A stretch of DNA of 64,000 nucleotides from Bdellovibrionaceae bacterium UBA3535. GTDB lineage: Bacteria; Bdellovibrionota; Bdellovibrionia; Bdellovibrionales; UBA840. The notes below the pieces were generated by a model, which was not told the DNA's origin, ran no database searches, and saw only the letters and a program-made list of their open reading frames with translations. The first letter of the stretch is position 1, and every line of letters starts with the position of its first letter. Made by a program: the position numbers and the translations under genes. Below, one piece after another: positions 17,205 through 26,430 of this stretch. The DNA is taken from positions 66,327-130,326 of the forward strand of contig DFOS01000026.1 of assembly GCA_002376845.1 (NCBI GenBank), written 5' to 3'.

Positions 17205-18302
17205 CTAGTTCGCATCATTTAAACGCAATAAATATGAAAAAACTGGGCTACGGCGATTTATTAAATCTAAGAGATAATTTCGAATCTTTGTATGCTTGCT
17301 TAAAAACAAACAAATATCGACAAAAAATTTATATTTTCTGTACATTATGGCTATCTTCATATGATCAAGAAATGAAAAACGGTAAAAACGATCACAAACA
17401 ATCTTAGCACTAGATAAACCCAGAGCAACCCCCTCACCCGTGATACCATCCAAAAAACGATAGGCATCTCCAATAAAAAAACATCTGCCTACCTGCATCT
17501 TATTCGAAACTTTAGCAAAAGGGCCATAGCCTCGAAAATCATTTGCTAACAAAGACCCTTCCATTTTTCTCTCTAAACTAGGAAACCGAGAGAGCAAGTC
17601 TTGTAACAAATTCTTTTTATCGAAGTTTTTGTGTGTAAACCATAAAAAAGCCACCTCAATTTTACTTTCGGAAATAGGAGTGACATAAGCCTCAACTCCA
17701 TCATTCCAATAAACTTGTACACAATCCGACCAGGGCTTTTGATTTACATGCACCCGAGCTCCCATTCTAAGTGGACCTGCACGTTTGTTTGCATTCGCTA
17801 GCTTTTCACGAGTTTTAGAATGCAGTCCGTCGCAGGCAAATATATACTTATATCTACTAATTACTGCAGTATTATCTTTTCCATTTTTTACTTTAATATC
17901 TACGTAGGAGTCATGCATATCTATATTTGATACCAAAGAGTTTTCATATATGGTTAGCCCCGAACAAGATAAGGCTTTCTCATATAACTTACTAGACAAC
18001 ACCTTTCTCTCTACACCTAATGCTTTACCATGCAAGTTTCCCTTTACATAATGTTGCGCAGAGAAATACTCTACCCCTTGGAAGGAAAATGCCTCTTTTT
18101 TTTCATCGAAAATAATACCCGCCTCTTCTAGAATACGAACTCCTGCCGGCATGATTCCCTGCCCGCATACTTTGTCTTTTGGCAATTGATCTCGTTCGAA
18201 CAAATCTACCTTATAACCCAATCTACTTAAACGTATTGCCGTATAAAGACCAATAGGCCCGCCACCAATCACTGCCAATTTATTTGCATTATTGTATGCC
18301 AT
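17205..18302 (-). CDS. FAD-dependent monooxygenase (class A flavoprotein hydroxylase, SrsC-like position)
   Basis: Rossmann 'VIGGGPIGLYTAIRLSRLGYKVDLFER', DG motif 'ACDGLHS', GD motif 'FIGDAYRFLDGITGEGV'. The start at 18302 or 18308 overlaps the upstream gene. Confidence 0.75.
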   Translation of the reverse strand: MAYNNANKLAVIGGGPIGLYTAIRLSRLGYKVDLFERDQLPKDKVCGQGIMPAGVRILEEAGIIFDEKKEAFSFQGVEYFSAQHYVKGNLHGKALGVERKVLSSKLYEKALSCSGLTIYENSLVSNIDMHDSYVDIKVKNGKDNTAVISRYKYIFACDGLHSKTREKLANANKRAGPLRMGARVHVNQKPWSDCVQVYWNDGVEAYVTPISESKIEVAFLWFTHKNFDKKNLLQDLLSRFPSLERKMEGSLLANDFRGYGPFAKVSNKMQVGRCFFIGDAYRFLDGITGEGVALGLSSAKIVCDRFYRFSFLDHMKIAIMYRKYKFFVDICLFLSKHTKIRNYLLDLINRRSPVFSYLLRLNDAN

Positions 18303-18840
18303 AAACATCTCTATAGTTATTGTTCTCAATTAAATACTTTTCTTCCAATCGAATTCTAAAAAATAAAATTAAAAAATTTAAAAGACTAAAAAGTAGGGCC
18401 GCCGGCAATAAACCCACCGCATAGGGCAATGCGAATATTTCCAATATGACTCCTAAATAGTTTGGGTGACGCGTAATACGAAATATTCCTTTCTTGATCG
18501 CATCTACTTGTGGCAAAATCATGATTCTTGTTGACCACCGAGAACCTAAAGTAAATATAGCAGATAGACGAAAAACTTGCCCTAAAAAGAATAGAGTGAT
18601 TCCTATAATAAACTGCGGAACTTGAATCACATATCCCTTATAAAAAGCTACGTACGAAAGATAAAACAACCAAGACGCATGCAGCACCACCATGAAGAAG
18701 TAATTTACCTCTGGTATTACCTTGGCTCCCTTTGCCTTTAGCAGTTTCTCGTTTCGCTTTGCCCAAAATAGCTCCGCTATTCTTTGCAAAACAGTAAAGC
18801 CAACTACGAACTGAAAAATATTTTCTAAATTTATATCCAC
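18289..18840 (-). CDS. Isoprenylcysteine carboxyl methyltransferase (ICMT) family membrane methyltransferase (SrsB/BpsB-like position)
   Basis: 183 aa, polytopic. 'GIFRITRHPNYLGVILEIFALP' followed by 'RIRLEEKYL' is the ICMT/PEMT signature. It overlaps the PKS gene end by 10 nt. Confidence 0.75.
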   Translation of the reverse strand: MDINLENIFQFVVGFTVLQRIAELFWAKRNEKLLKAKGAKVIPEVNYFFMVVLHASWLFYLSYVAFYKGYVIQVPQFIIGITLFFLGQVFRLSAIFTLGSRWSTRIMILPQVDAIKKGIFRITRHPNYLGVILEIFALPYAVGLLPAALLFSLLNFLILFFRIRLEEKYLIENNNYRDVYGIQ

Positions 18841-19892
18841 TGAAATAACCCCACTTCTGCACTAAATGCAGGGCCCATAGCTATCGCCAATGCATAGTCT
18901 CCACTTTCGTGCTCTTCTTGTAGAGATCGATTGATAATATCTAAAACAGAAACAGAGCTCATATTTCCATTTTCGGCAAGACTCTGCCAACTTTTCTTAA
19001 GACCACCTTGCGGCATATCCAAAGCCTTTTCCATTGCAAGCAAAACCTTTGGACCACCAGGATGCGCTAAGTATGTAGACACATCACTGCGGTGTAAATT
19101 GTGTTCTTTTAAAAAACTGTCTACTACTTTTGGTATTTCACTTTCTGTTAGCTCAGGCACCCCTTTGCTTAAAATTATTTTGAGCCCTTCTTGCCCTACT
19201 TGCCATCCCATAACATCTGGTGTATCCGGGAAAAAAGCACTCTTCGCATCTATGAAACGCATCTTTGCTTTTGCCTTAAGAGGGTGTTTATCGCCAACCA
19301 ACAATACTGCCGCAGCGCCATCGCCAAAGAGTCCCGTAGAAACAATATTGGCAGCGCTTATATCTTTATTTTGAAATGTAAGTGAGCATAACTCTACTGA
19401 AAAATAAATTATAGCCTCATGGGGATGTCCCTTTAAATATTCTGCTGCCCGATTTATACCTGCTACACCTGCCATGCAGCCCAAGCCCATTAGTGGCATT
19501 CTTTTTACCGATCTATTAAAAGGCAATACATTCATTACGCGCGCTTCTAAACTCGGTATGGCAAAGCCCGTTACAGTATTACTCCATAAGCTATTTATTT
19601 CATTGTAATCGATTTTATATTTTGCAACCAATTGCTCAATTGCCTTTGTGGCCAATTTTACTGCATTGTCTATAAAGTGCTGGTTCTTTTCATCAAAATT
19701 CATCTCTTGTAGATAGCTCTCTACTGGTAGAGCTAAATGCCGACCTTTTACTAGTACATTTTGATGAATGCTTTCTAATCTATCCAAATTTTTAAGTTTT
19801 TCACTCCAAGACTTTTTCATCACATCAATTAAATCTTTTTGAGTATAATAGTTATCTGGAAAAGCCGTTTGAATATCTACTAAATAAGTCAT
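18831..19892 (-). CDS. Type III polyketide synthase (chalcone synthase superfamily)
   Basis: Cys-His-Asn triad contexts 'GLGCMAGVAG', 'YLAHPGGPKVL' and 'ENGNMSSVSVL', plus 'GDGAAAVLL'. 353 aa. Confidence 0.9.
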   Translation of the reverse strand: MTYLVDIQTAFPDNYYTQKDLIDVMKKSWSEKLKNLDRLESIHQNVLVKGRHLALPVESYLQEMNFDEKNQHFIDNAVKLATKAIEQLVAKYKIDYNEINSLWSNTVTGFAIPSLEARVMNVLPFNRSVKRMPLMGLGCMAGVAGINRAAEYLKGHPHEAIIYFSVELCSLTFQNKDISAANIVSTGLFGDGAAAVLLVGDKHPLKAKAKMRFIDAKSAFFPDTPDVMGWQVGQEGLKIILSKGVPELTESEIPKVVDSFLKEHNLHRSDVSTYLAHPGGPKVLLAMEKALDMPQGGLKKSWQSLAENGNMSSVSVLDIINRSLQEEHESGDYALAIAMGPAFSAEVGLFQWI

Positions 19893-20482
19893 ATAGACTC
19901 CTTGTTTATATTATAATGAAGCTTAATATTAAGCTGTATTTCATCTGACAATCTCGCTACTGCAATGCTGGGATCTGGTATCTCCATGCCACTAAGTGTC
20001 CAGGTGCTGTGAGCCACAACATCTAAATCACCACTATCTTCGTTGGCATGCATTTTTATTTTAAATGTCTTTTTCTTTCCGAACATCATAACCCAGCCTT
20101 CAAGCTCATGCTCTTTTGCATCAATAACTAAAGGCCCTGGTATATGAATTACTAACTTTGGGTAGTCTTTGTATTGCATACATTTATTATGTAGCTTTTC
20201 ATCCCGAGACTTATTATCAGTATCCATATCCTTGGCATAGAATGTCACCTCCATATCGCGTAACTTCCCGTCTTTTTCTTCTGCCTTGTACCTAAAGTGC
20301 TTTACATAACCGTCGACATCACTTGAAAACAACCCTACTTTTGTACTCACTACGGTAAACTTCAATTGATTTTCTGCCTCTGCAGCACTGTCATAATCGT
20401 TATAGTCACATTCCCCACTTATATTTCCTGCATGCGCCAATACATAAAATAGTAATATAAAAACAAATAATATTCTTCTCAT
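19889..20482 (-). CDS. YceI-like (polyisoprenoid/lipid-binding) periplasmic protein
   Basis: Signal peptide 'MRRILFVFILLFYVLAHA'. 'DMDTDNKSRDEKLHNKCMQYKDYPKLVI' matches the YceI core (T-x-N-x-x-RD-x-x-L...YP). ATGA overlap with the PKS gene. Confidence 0.6.
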   Translation of the reverse strand: MRRILFVFILLFYVLAHAGNISGECDYNDYDSAAEAENQLKFTVVSTKVGLFSSDVDGYVKHFRYKAEEKDGKLRDMEVTFYAKDMDTDNKSRDEKLHNKCMQYKDYPKLVIHIPGPLVIDAKEHELEGWVMMFGKKKTFKIKMHANEDSGDLDVVAHSTWTLSGMEIPDPSIAVARLSDEIQLNIKLHYNINKESI

Positions 20483-21249
20483 ATATATCTCCCTATTTTT
20501 TGAAAAATAAAATTATCAATACTTACTTTTGAAAAAGGAAAAACGGGCACTTTATGTGTGTATTCAATATACTTTTTATTCGTAGATAGTATTTTTTCCT
20601 TTCGTGCAATTCCATATAAAATATAAGAAGACCAAACAATGCTAAGAAAAAGATGATCTAGTGACATATAAGGCGTGGTCCATATCATCCCAAGAAATCC
20701 AATATAGATGGGGTGCCGGGTAATTAAAAATGGGCCGTGTCTTGGCATTCTATGTTGTAATTTTTTATTTTGTAGACTTCTCAGCCAATCTTCTACTCCG
20801 TTTTGCTTACCCAATCCTACAGCGACCATGGCCCAAAACATGAACAGCCAACTAAGACCATAGAAAATTAAGAAAAAGCTTTCCTGGTGCCCTTTAAGAC
20901 TATACAGATGAAAATTAGACGATTGCCAATATGTATCCAATAAAATGATCGCTAATGAAGCATGCAAAGAGTAAAAACTATAGTACAATCCCTTAGGTAT
21001 GTACCTGTACAAAAACACTTTCGTTTTTGCCCTCAAAAGTAGGCTATGGGGAATAATAAAAAAAGCGACTAGCAACAAATTCGACAATATTTTGTATGTA
21101 TCATTATGGAGCACTACCCTTGGCTGCATATACAAAAGAAAGAACCAAAGCCGAAAAATTGCGTAGGAGAAAATGGCTATATTAATTAAACCCACCAGCG
21201 CAAATACTGGCTTTTTGTTTAATGTTCGGTAACATATGGTTTGACTCAT
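20479..21249 (-). CDS. Polytopic membrane methyltransferase-like protein (ICMT/PEMT/NnrU-like superfamily)
   Basis: 256 aa. 'GPFLITRHPIYIGFLGMIWTTP' plus a C-terminal 'ARKEKILS..KYIEYTHKVPVFPF'. 4-nt overlap with the YceI gene. Confidence 0.55.
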   Translation of the reverse strand: MSQTICYRTLNKKPVFALVGLINIAIFSYAIFRLWFFLLYMQPRVVLHNDTYKILSNLLLVAFFIIPHSLLLRAKTKVFLYRYIPKGLYYSFYSLHASLAIILLDTYWQSSNFHLYSLKGHQESFFLIFYGLSWLFMFWAMVAVGLGKQNGVEDWLRSLQNKKLQHRMPRHGPFLITRHPIYIGFLGMIWTTPYMSLDHLFLSIVWSSYILYGIARKEKILSTNKKYIEYTHKVPVFPFSKVSIDNFIFQKIGRYI

Positions 21250-21274
21250 TACTTTGCCCCCGTGCTATGATTAA

Positions 21275-21319
21275 CTATAGGTATTTTTCTTAGTTTTCTA
21301 TATAGGCAAAATTCCTATA
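21275..21319. promoter_or_regulatory. Candidate operator: three TATAGG/CCTATA half-sites in a divergent promoter region
   Basis: CTATAGG at 21275-21281. An inverted repeat TATAGG-caaaatt-CCTATA at 21301-21319. It lies between the PKS operon start (21249) and the LuxR gene (21345). Confidence 0.3.
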
Positions 21320-21344
21320 GCGAGTATTATCAATTAGTTACGGG

Positions 21345-21905
21345 GTGATTTTAGGCAAAATGCATTACTTCAAACTGAGAAAATATGAGCGCATATATAC
21401 CGTTGTCATCTTATTTGCCATTGGATTGCTCACTACCATTGATATTATTGAAGACCTTGCTGATGGTTACCACCTAAGGCACTTAGGTTTAGATATAGGC
21501 ATCGCTGTTTTCTCGTTTTTAGCGGTGATTATTCTTTTTCGGCAATTACTATTAAGTAAACAAAAAATTAGTCTCTTAGAAAAAGAGCGTCTCATTTTGA
21601 GTCAACTGGCAGAGGAATTAAAAATGCGGTCCCAAACATTTCTAGAGGGCTTATCCGTGGTGATTGATCAGTCCTTTGAGGTGTGGAATTTGACTCCATC
21701 AGAGCGAGAAATTGGCCTCTTCCTACTAAAAGGATTAAGTGTAGAAGAGATATCCGAAATCCGAGGCTCTTCGGAAAAGACGATTCGCAATCAAACTAAT
21801 TCCATCTATAAAAAATCCAATTTAAAAGGACGCCAGGAATTTCAAGCTTATTTCCTAGAAGATCTACTACCCCCTGCCAATGAAATACATGAAAAAGACT
21901 ACTAA
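21345..21905 (+). CDS. Membrane-anchored LuxR-family (HTH) transcriptional regulator
   Basis: Two N-terminal TM segments. The C-terminal 'LTPSEREIGLFLLKGLSVEEISEIRGSSEKTIRNQTNSIYKKSNL' is a LuxR_C-type HTH. Start is GTG at 21345 or ATG at 21360. Confidence 0.75.
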   Translation: MILGKMHYFKLRKYERIYTVVILFAIGLLTTIDIIEDLADGYHLRHLGLDIGIAVFSFLAVIILFRQLLLSKQKISLLEKERLILSQLAEELKMRSQTFLEGLSVVIDQSFEVWNLTPSEREIGLFLLKGLSVEEISEIRGSSEKTIRNQTNSIYKKSNLKGRQEFQAYFLEDLLPPANEIHEKDY

Positions 21906-23883
21906 TGCGATAACCTTAGTTTTACTCTTCTTAACCTGTTTGGGCTGTTTACTTTATTCTAATGACCTCAAGCAAAATAATAAAGAAACAGTCTTTTTAA
22001 CACAATCTGGAATTCGATCTTATGACAGTTTCAAGATCAGCCACGGCGAAAAAAACCTAGTCGTAGCCAAAAAAGAATTTGCCCACACAATACAAGGTGA
22101 AGATCGAAAGCTTTTTTTCGAACAAGTTCAGACTTTAAGAAGTCTATGCGAAGAAAGCTGCGAGATCATTTCCAGTGATATCGGGACAAAAAATATTGGC
22201 GATCTATTCACCCTTGAAGGTTCCAATTATTTTGGGCTAATACTAATTGGCCATCAGCAAGGCGCAGCCGTAAAAAAAGTGATTCAATACATGCAGAAAG
22301 ACAAATACTGGAAGGATAGCATCTTCTCTGGCGTATCATATACCAATTTATTATTAGACAAATACTCTGAATCAATTAAGAAAATTCTTTTTCCCTTACT
22401 ATTTGCTGGAATTTTTATTTTTCTTATCATTCTAAGCGGCAGTTTTATAACTGGAGCTCTTCTATTTATTCCATGCCTATTTGGCGCAGCCGTATCACTA
22501 GCTTTAATTAAGAGCCTGCTCAGCTATTCGAATCTGATTACTTCCATCATTCCTGTATTAATATTTGTATTAAGCCTTTCCTTAGTTTTGCATATTTATT
22601 ATACAGCCTGCGAATTCGGCGGCATGAGAGAAGCCATAGCCGAAAAACGAAAGCCACTATTACTAATGGTACTAACTACATTCATAGGTTTTTCCTCTTT
22701 GTATTTTTCGGATCTCAATGCCATACAAGAATTTGGCATTTTAACTGCTAGCTTAATACTTATCAGTGCCATCATATCTCTAATGTGGTTAATACAATTA
22801 GATAACCTCATTGATTTCAATAAAAAAGAAAGCTTTCTAGAAAGAAAATTAGGGGGATTAAAAAACTTTTTTTCCTATGCTTTTTCATTTCGCAAGATAA
22901 TCATTTCTTCTTTTTTACTACTTATAATTGGCGGTTACTTTCTGAATAAAATACCAATTATAACTGATGCCAACCAATATTTTCCAAAAAAATCGAACGT
23001 TGAAACCAATATTAATGATATAAGCAAGAATGTCGCTGGCGTTCCACTGTTAGAAATCATAATCCAAACAAGCGATGATTCCTCGGATAAAATACTCGCT
23101 GCAGAAAATGACCTAAAAGAATTCATAAGCAAAAATACCTATCATATGAATTTGTTATCTAAGAATACGCTGAATTTTATTGCCATGCAAAATATGCTGG
23201 AATTGCAACAATCAGAGCCCATAAGGGAAGTATTTCAAACCTTAATGCATGATTATGAAAATCAAAATACAACTAGACTAACGATTCTATCAACTCAAAT
23301 GAATGTAGATGAATTTGAGTCTTTTACAGCAGATGCCGGCGAGATATTAGATCAATATGACCTTAAATACGATTTTAATGGTCTCTATTACCACCTGATG
23401 GTCGCACAAAAAAATATGATTATTACCTTGTTTAAAAGCTTTTTTATTAGCTTGATAATAATCTCACTACTTGCCTTTATATTTTTTAAAAAAATTCGCC
23501 TGTTTTTTATATTTATAGCCGTTAATGTCATACCTGTATTTGCTTCATTTATTGTTTTAAAAACATTGGGCATATCTTTTAATATTGCGACCGTAATGAC
23601 CTATAGCATTTCTTTAGGCTTAATCGTCGACAGTTCCTTTCATATCATTCATGCACTAGAAAAAATGCCAATGAATAGTAAACTTTATTTTCAATCAGTA
23701 GTTCTCCCTATTATTGGCAGCACTTTAGTGCTTTGCATCAGCTTTGCCTTATTTGCCGTACATGATTTTTTACCTATCAAAGAGTTTGGTATGTGCTTAG
23801 CGATAATACTGTTTATTGGCATGATCTATGACTTAAAAATTCTCCCCAGGCTTTTTTTAATGGGTGAGAAAACAAAGTGTTAA
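21880..23883 (+). CDS. MMPL/RND-superfamily exporter
   Basis: 667 aa. Two blocks of about 5-6 TM helices, each preceded by a soluble loop, which is the MMPL-type architecture. It overlaps the LuxR gene end by 26 nt. Confidence 0.6.
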   Translation: MKYMKKTTNAITLVLLFLTCLGCLLYSNDLKQNNKETVFLTQSGIRSYDSFKISHGEKNLVVAKKEFAHTIQGEDRKLFFEQVQTLRSLCEESCEIISSDIGTKNIGDLFTLEGSNYFGLILIGHQQGAAVKKVIQYMQKDKYWKDSIFSGVSYTNLLLDKYSESIKKILFPLLFAGIFIFLIILSGSFITGALLFIPCLFGAAVSLALIKSLLSYSNLITSIIPVLIFVLSLSLVLHIYYTACEFGGMREAIAEKRKPLLLMVLTTFIGFSSLYFSDLNAIQEFGILTASLILISAIISLMWLIQLDNLIDFNKKESFLERKLGGLKNFFSYAFSFRKIIISSFLLLIIGGYFLNKIPIITDANQYFPKKSNVETNINDISKNVAGVPLLEIIIQTSDDSSDKILAAENDLKEFISKNTYHMNLLSKNTLNFIAMQNMLELQQSEPIREVFQTLMHDYENQNTTRLTILSTQMNVDEFESFTADAGEILDQYDLKYDFNGLYYHLMVAQKNMIITLFKSFFISLIIISLLAFIFFKKIRLFFIFIAVNVIPVFASFIVLKTLGISFNIATVMTYSISLGLIVDSSFHIIHALEKMPMNSKLYFQSVVLPIIGSTLVLCISFALFAVHDFLPIKEFGMCLAIILFIGMIYDLKILPRLFLMGEKTKC

Positions 23884-25709
23884 AAGTGATACCGAATCGA
23901 CATCGAACTGCGATAGCCTTCTGACTTCGTTGACTTAAGCATTTCCTGCCACTCATTTTCCTGCAAAAGACTTAAGTTTTTGCTAATAGCATAACGCCAA
24001 TCCACACGAGCCCGAATAAAATTTGTATCACTTGAGGCCAATAGATCTTGACCATACCGCAACCTAGCCTGCAACTTCCATTTGTGAAAAGACAGTATGG
24101 CTCCTATTTGAGGGCCTAGATCCAAATCCCCTAAGACCTCCGATTTCCCCCAATTTATCTCCCCCACTAACAAAGAAAAGAGACTAAGATTCGAATAATC
24201 CTTAGTAAAACCATAGGATGCTTTTGTGTACCACCTTTTGTCGCTGACTCTTTCTGTTAGTATGTTTTCTTTTAATGCCAAATTGATGCCCCAAGAGTAG
24301 GAAGAACGATAGGATTGGAAGGATCGAAAATTCTCAATATTTATTAAAGAAAAATCGCGCACCCACACTTCCTCATCATTTGCGCTCAAGCGCAGGTGAA
24401 AGAACTCAACACTTGAGTTCTTTATATAGCCGGGCTCGCGGTCCATCAGGTTATGTGTAGCAAAACGGTAGGAAACATTTCCCACCATTTCATCATTTAG
24501 AATCGAAAACCCCGCAGAACTTGCCTGGGAGCGATGAGCCAAATGTGGAGCTTCATTGGGCGCCCCCTCATATTTAGCAGAATCGGCGATTTCTGCAAAT
24601 TTAGCGCGGCGAATGTAAACTTGCTTTTCCAGTGCTTGAAAAGCTTGCGGCAATTCTCCTTGATTTTTGTGTCTTTCATAAGCCAAATACTCGATAACGG
24701 CGTCCAAAGTCTTTGCAGAGACATCTTGTGGCAACGGCGCTTTGGGCTCGTAGATGATTTGTAAAAAATCTGATTTCTGCTGCTTAGTTAAAATTGATAC
24801 ACTATAATCCAATTTGCTCGATTGAGAGGGAACCACACGCAGCTCCCCTATTCGGCCCACATCTTCTAGCTTTGTTATTATTTCGATGGGATGCACATAA
24901 AAATCCAATTGATTTTCATCTCGCATATCCTCCAGAACCGCAGCAAAAGTTCGAAGCAATACCCCGGCACAGTTTTCATCCAAAAAATAATAGGTAAAGC
25001 CGCCGGTATGTACAATTTCCCACAGGTGTTTGATTAAAAAATCCTTTTCTTTTTTTGATAGACGAATTTCATAAAGCCAAAGATCACGGTTTTCTATACT
25101 GCCATACTGAAAAATACGATGATAAAACGGCATGACCGAATAATCTCCTGGATACCAACCCGTTAGGCCACCAAAAACATAGGAAAAACCATTTACATCG
25201 GAGGGTATATTGCCGGCGTAATTGTAGGTCAGCCAAAAGCTTTGCACCTGTCTGGGAGACTCTAAAAGTAAAAACGAATGCCCAAAAACCGAGGCGGGGT
25301 TGGCAATAAACTGAGAAGCATATACCAAATAGATTTTGCTGGGAGCATAGGAGCGCATCCACTCGTTGAACTTACTACAGTTTACCTTTGCAGCTAATGG
25401 AAAATAATCTTTTAAAAATTCATAGCGAGCGGGAAATAGACACTGAGGATGGCTTTCGTTTATAGGGTGAGTGGCTTGAAAAACTTGAATCGAAGCTTGT
25501 AGCTCCTTTTTTGGATCATGTGCCCCATTTTCGCGGTCTATGAAGTATTTCTCATCTAGGACTAGACTTTTATAAGCACTGCCCTCTTTTTCGTAATAAA
25601 GTAGGTTCAACCAAGCTTGAGAATTTGCCACTTGGTGAATCCTATCCTCTTGCGCAAAGGCGGCCGTAGAAAAAAAACTGATAAGCAAGATTGTGAGCCA
25701 ATTCTTCAT
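23880..25709 (-). CDS. DUF4105 (Lnb N-terminal domain)-containing outer-membrane protein
   Basis: Signal peptide 'MKNWLTILLISFFSTAAFA'. The 'NPASVFGHSFLLLE' region is typical of DUF4105. The beta-rich C-terminal half ends '...IRYHF'. Confidence 0.55.
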   Translation of the reverse strand: MKNWLTILLISFFSTAAFAQEDRIHQVANSQAWLNLLYYEKEGSAYKSLVLDEKYFIDRENGAHDPKKELQASIQVFQATHPINESHPQCLFPARYEFLKDYFPLAAKVNCSKFNEWMRSYAPSKIYLVYASQFIANPASVFGHSFLLLESPRQVQSFWLTYNYAGNIPSDVNGFSYVFGGLTGWYPGDYSVMPFYHRIFQYGSIENRDLWLYEIRLSKKEKDFLIKHLWEIVHTGGFTYYFLDENCAGVLLRTFAAVLEDMRDENQLDFYVHPIEIITKLEDVGRIGELRVVPSQSSKLDYSVSILTKQQKSDFLQIIYEPKAPLPQDVSAKTLDAVIEYLAYERHKNQGELPQAFQALEKQVYIRRAKFAEIADSAKYEGAPNEAPHLAHRSQASSAGFSILNDEMVGNVSYRFATHNLMDREPGYIKNSSVEFFHLRLSANDEEVWVRDFSLINIENFRSFQSYRSSYSWGINLALKENILTERVSDKRWYTKASYGFTKDYSNLSLFSLLVGEINWGKSEVLGDLDLGPQIGAILSFHKWKLQARLRYGQDLLASSDTNFIRARVDWRYAISKNLSLLQENEWQEMLKSTKSEGYRSSMSIRYHF

Positions 25710-25850
25710 TTATATTCCACTAGTTACTTAACTGAAGAGGTAAATGCGCCCACCCCTCCTGCCCTATGGTAGTACTGCAATCGCAATCGCCTTGACAGCA
25801 ACAAGGTTAGCACTTGTACTAATAGAAACAATCATTTCAAGGATAAAAAC

Positions 25851-26417
25851 ATGAAGCAAATTACATTCTTTATCGCAGCTTTAGTATTTTCCAACTTTGC
25901 CATGGCCAATGCCTATAAATGCGCCAAAATGGTGTACAGTGATGGCTGGTTGATAGACTATGAATATTTAGGAAATACTTGGGGTGCCAACACGAAAAAA
26001 CACGGAGCCCTGAGCTCAACCTTTGGCTCCTCCATTGAAAAAACAACCAGTAGTGTGGACCCAGGAGTCTATACAGGACAAGCCATGTCCTCCATGCAAT
26101 ACAGTTCCTCCTGGGGGGATTGCTCCATGCTGGACTACCATATTACAAAAAAGATTCGTAAAGACTATATCGAGCAGAATATCCACGAAATTAGAAAGCA
26201 GATTGCTTTAGGTCATGGCATTCATATTGATTCTTTGGCCTTTCTATCTGGCTGTAAGGGAATCGAACAAAATCGCTGGTTGCACAATCTTCGCCAGAAC
26301 ACCGAAATTTTTTATGAGGCTGAAAACGCTGATGGTTTTGTTCTTGGTTTGGATTCCATGATTCAATCTGACAGGAATTTAAATCGTAAATGTCAAATGC
26401 CCCAAGAATTATCTTAA
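25851..26417 (+). CDS. Secreted protein of unknown function
   Basis: 188 aa, signal peptide 'MKQITFFIAALVFSNFAMA'. Confidence 0.55.
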   Translation: MKQITFFIAALVFSNFAMANAYKCAKMVYSDGWLIDYEYLGNTWGANTKKHGALSSTFGSSIEKTTSSVDPGVYTGQAMSSMQYSSSWGDCSMLDYHITKKIRKDYIEQNIHEIRKQIALGHGIHIDSLAFLSGCKGIEQNRWLHNLRQNTEIFYEAENADGFVLGLDSMIQSDRNLNRKCQMPQELS

Positions 26418-26430
26418 TTTCATGCGGCGG

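Noticed and set aside
25791-25825. TTGACA followed 17-19 nt later by TGTACT/TACTAA upstream of the 25851 gene, a possible sigma-70 promoter.
   Set aside because: The -35 is perfect, but no acceptable -10 lies at 17 +/- 1 nt spacing. The evidence is too weak to annotate.
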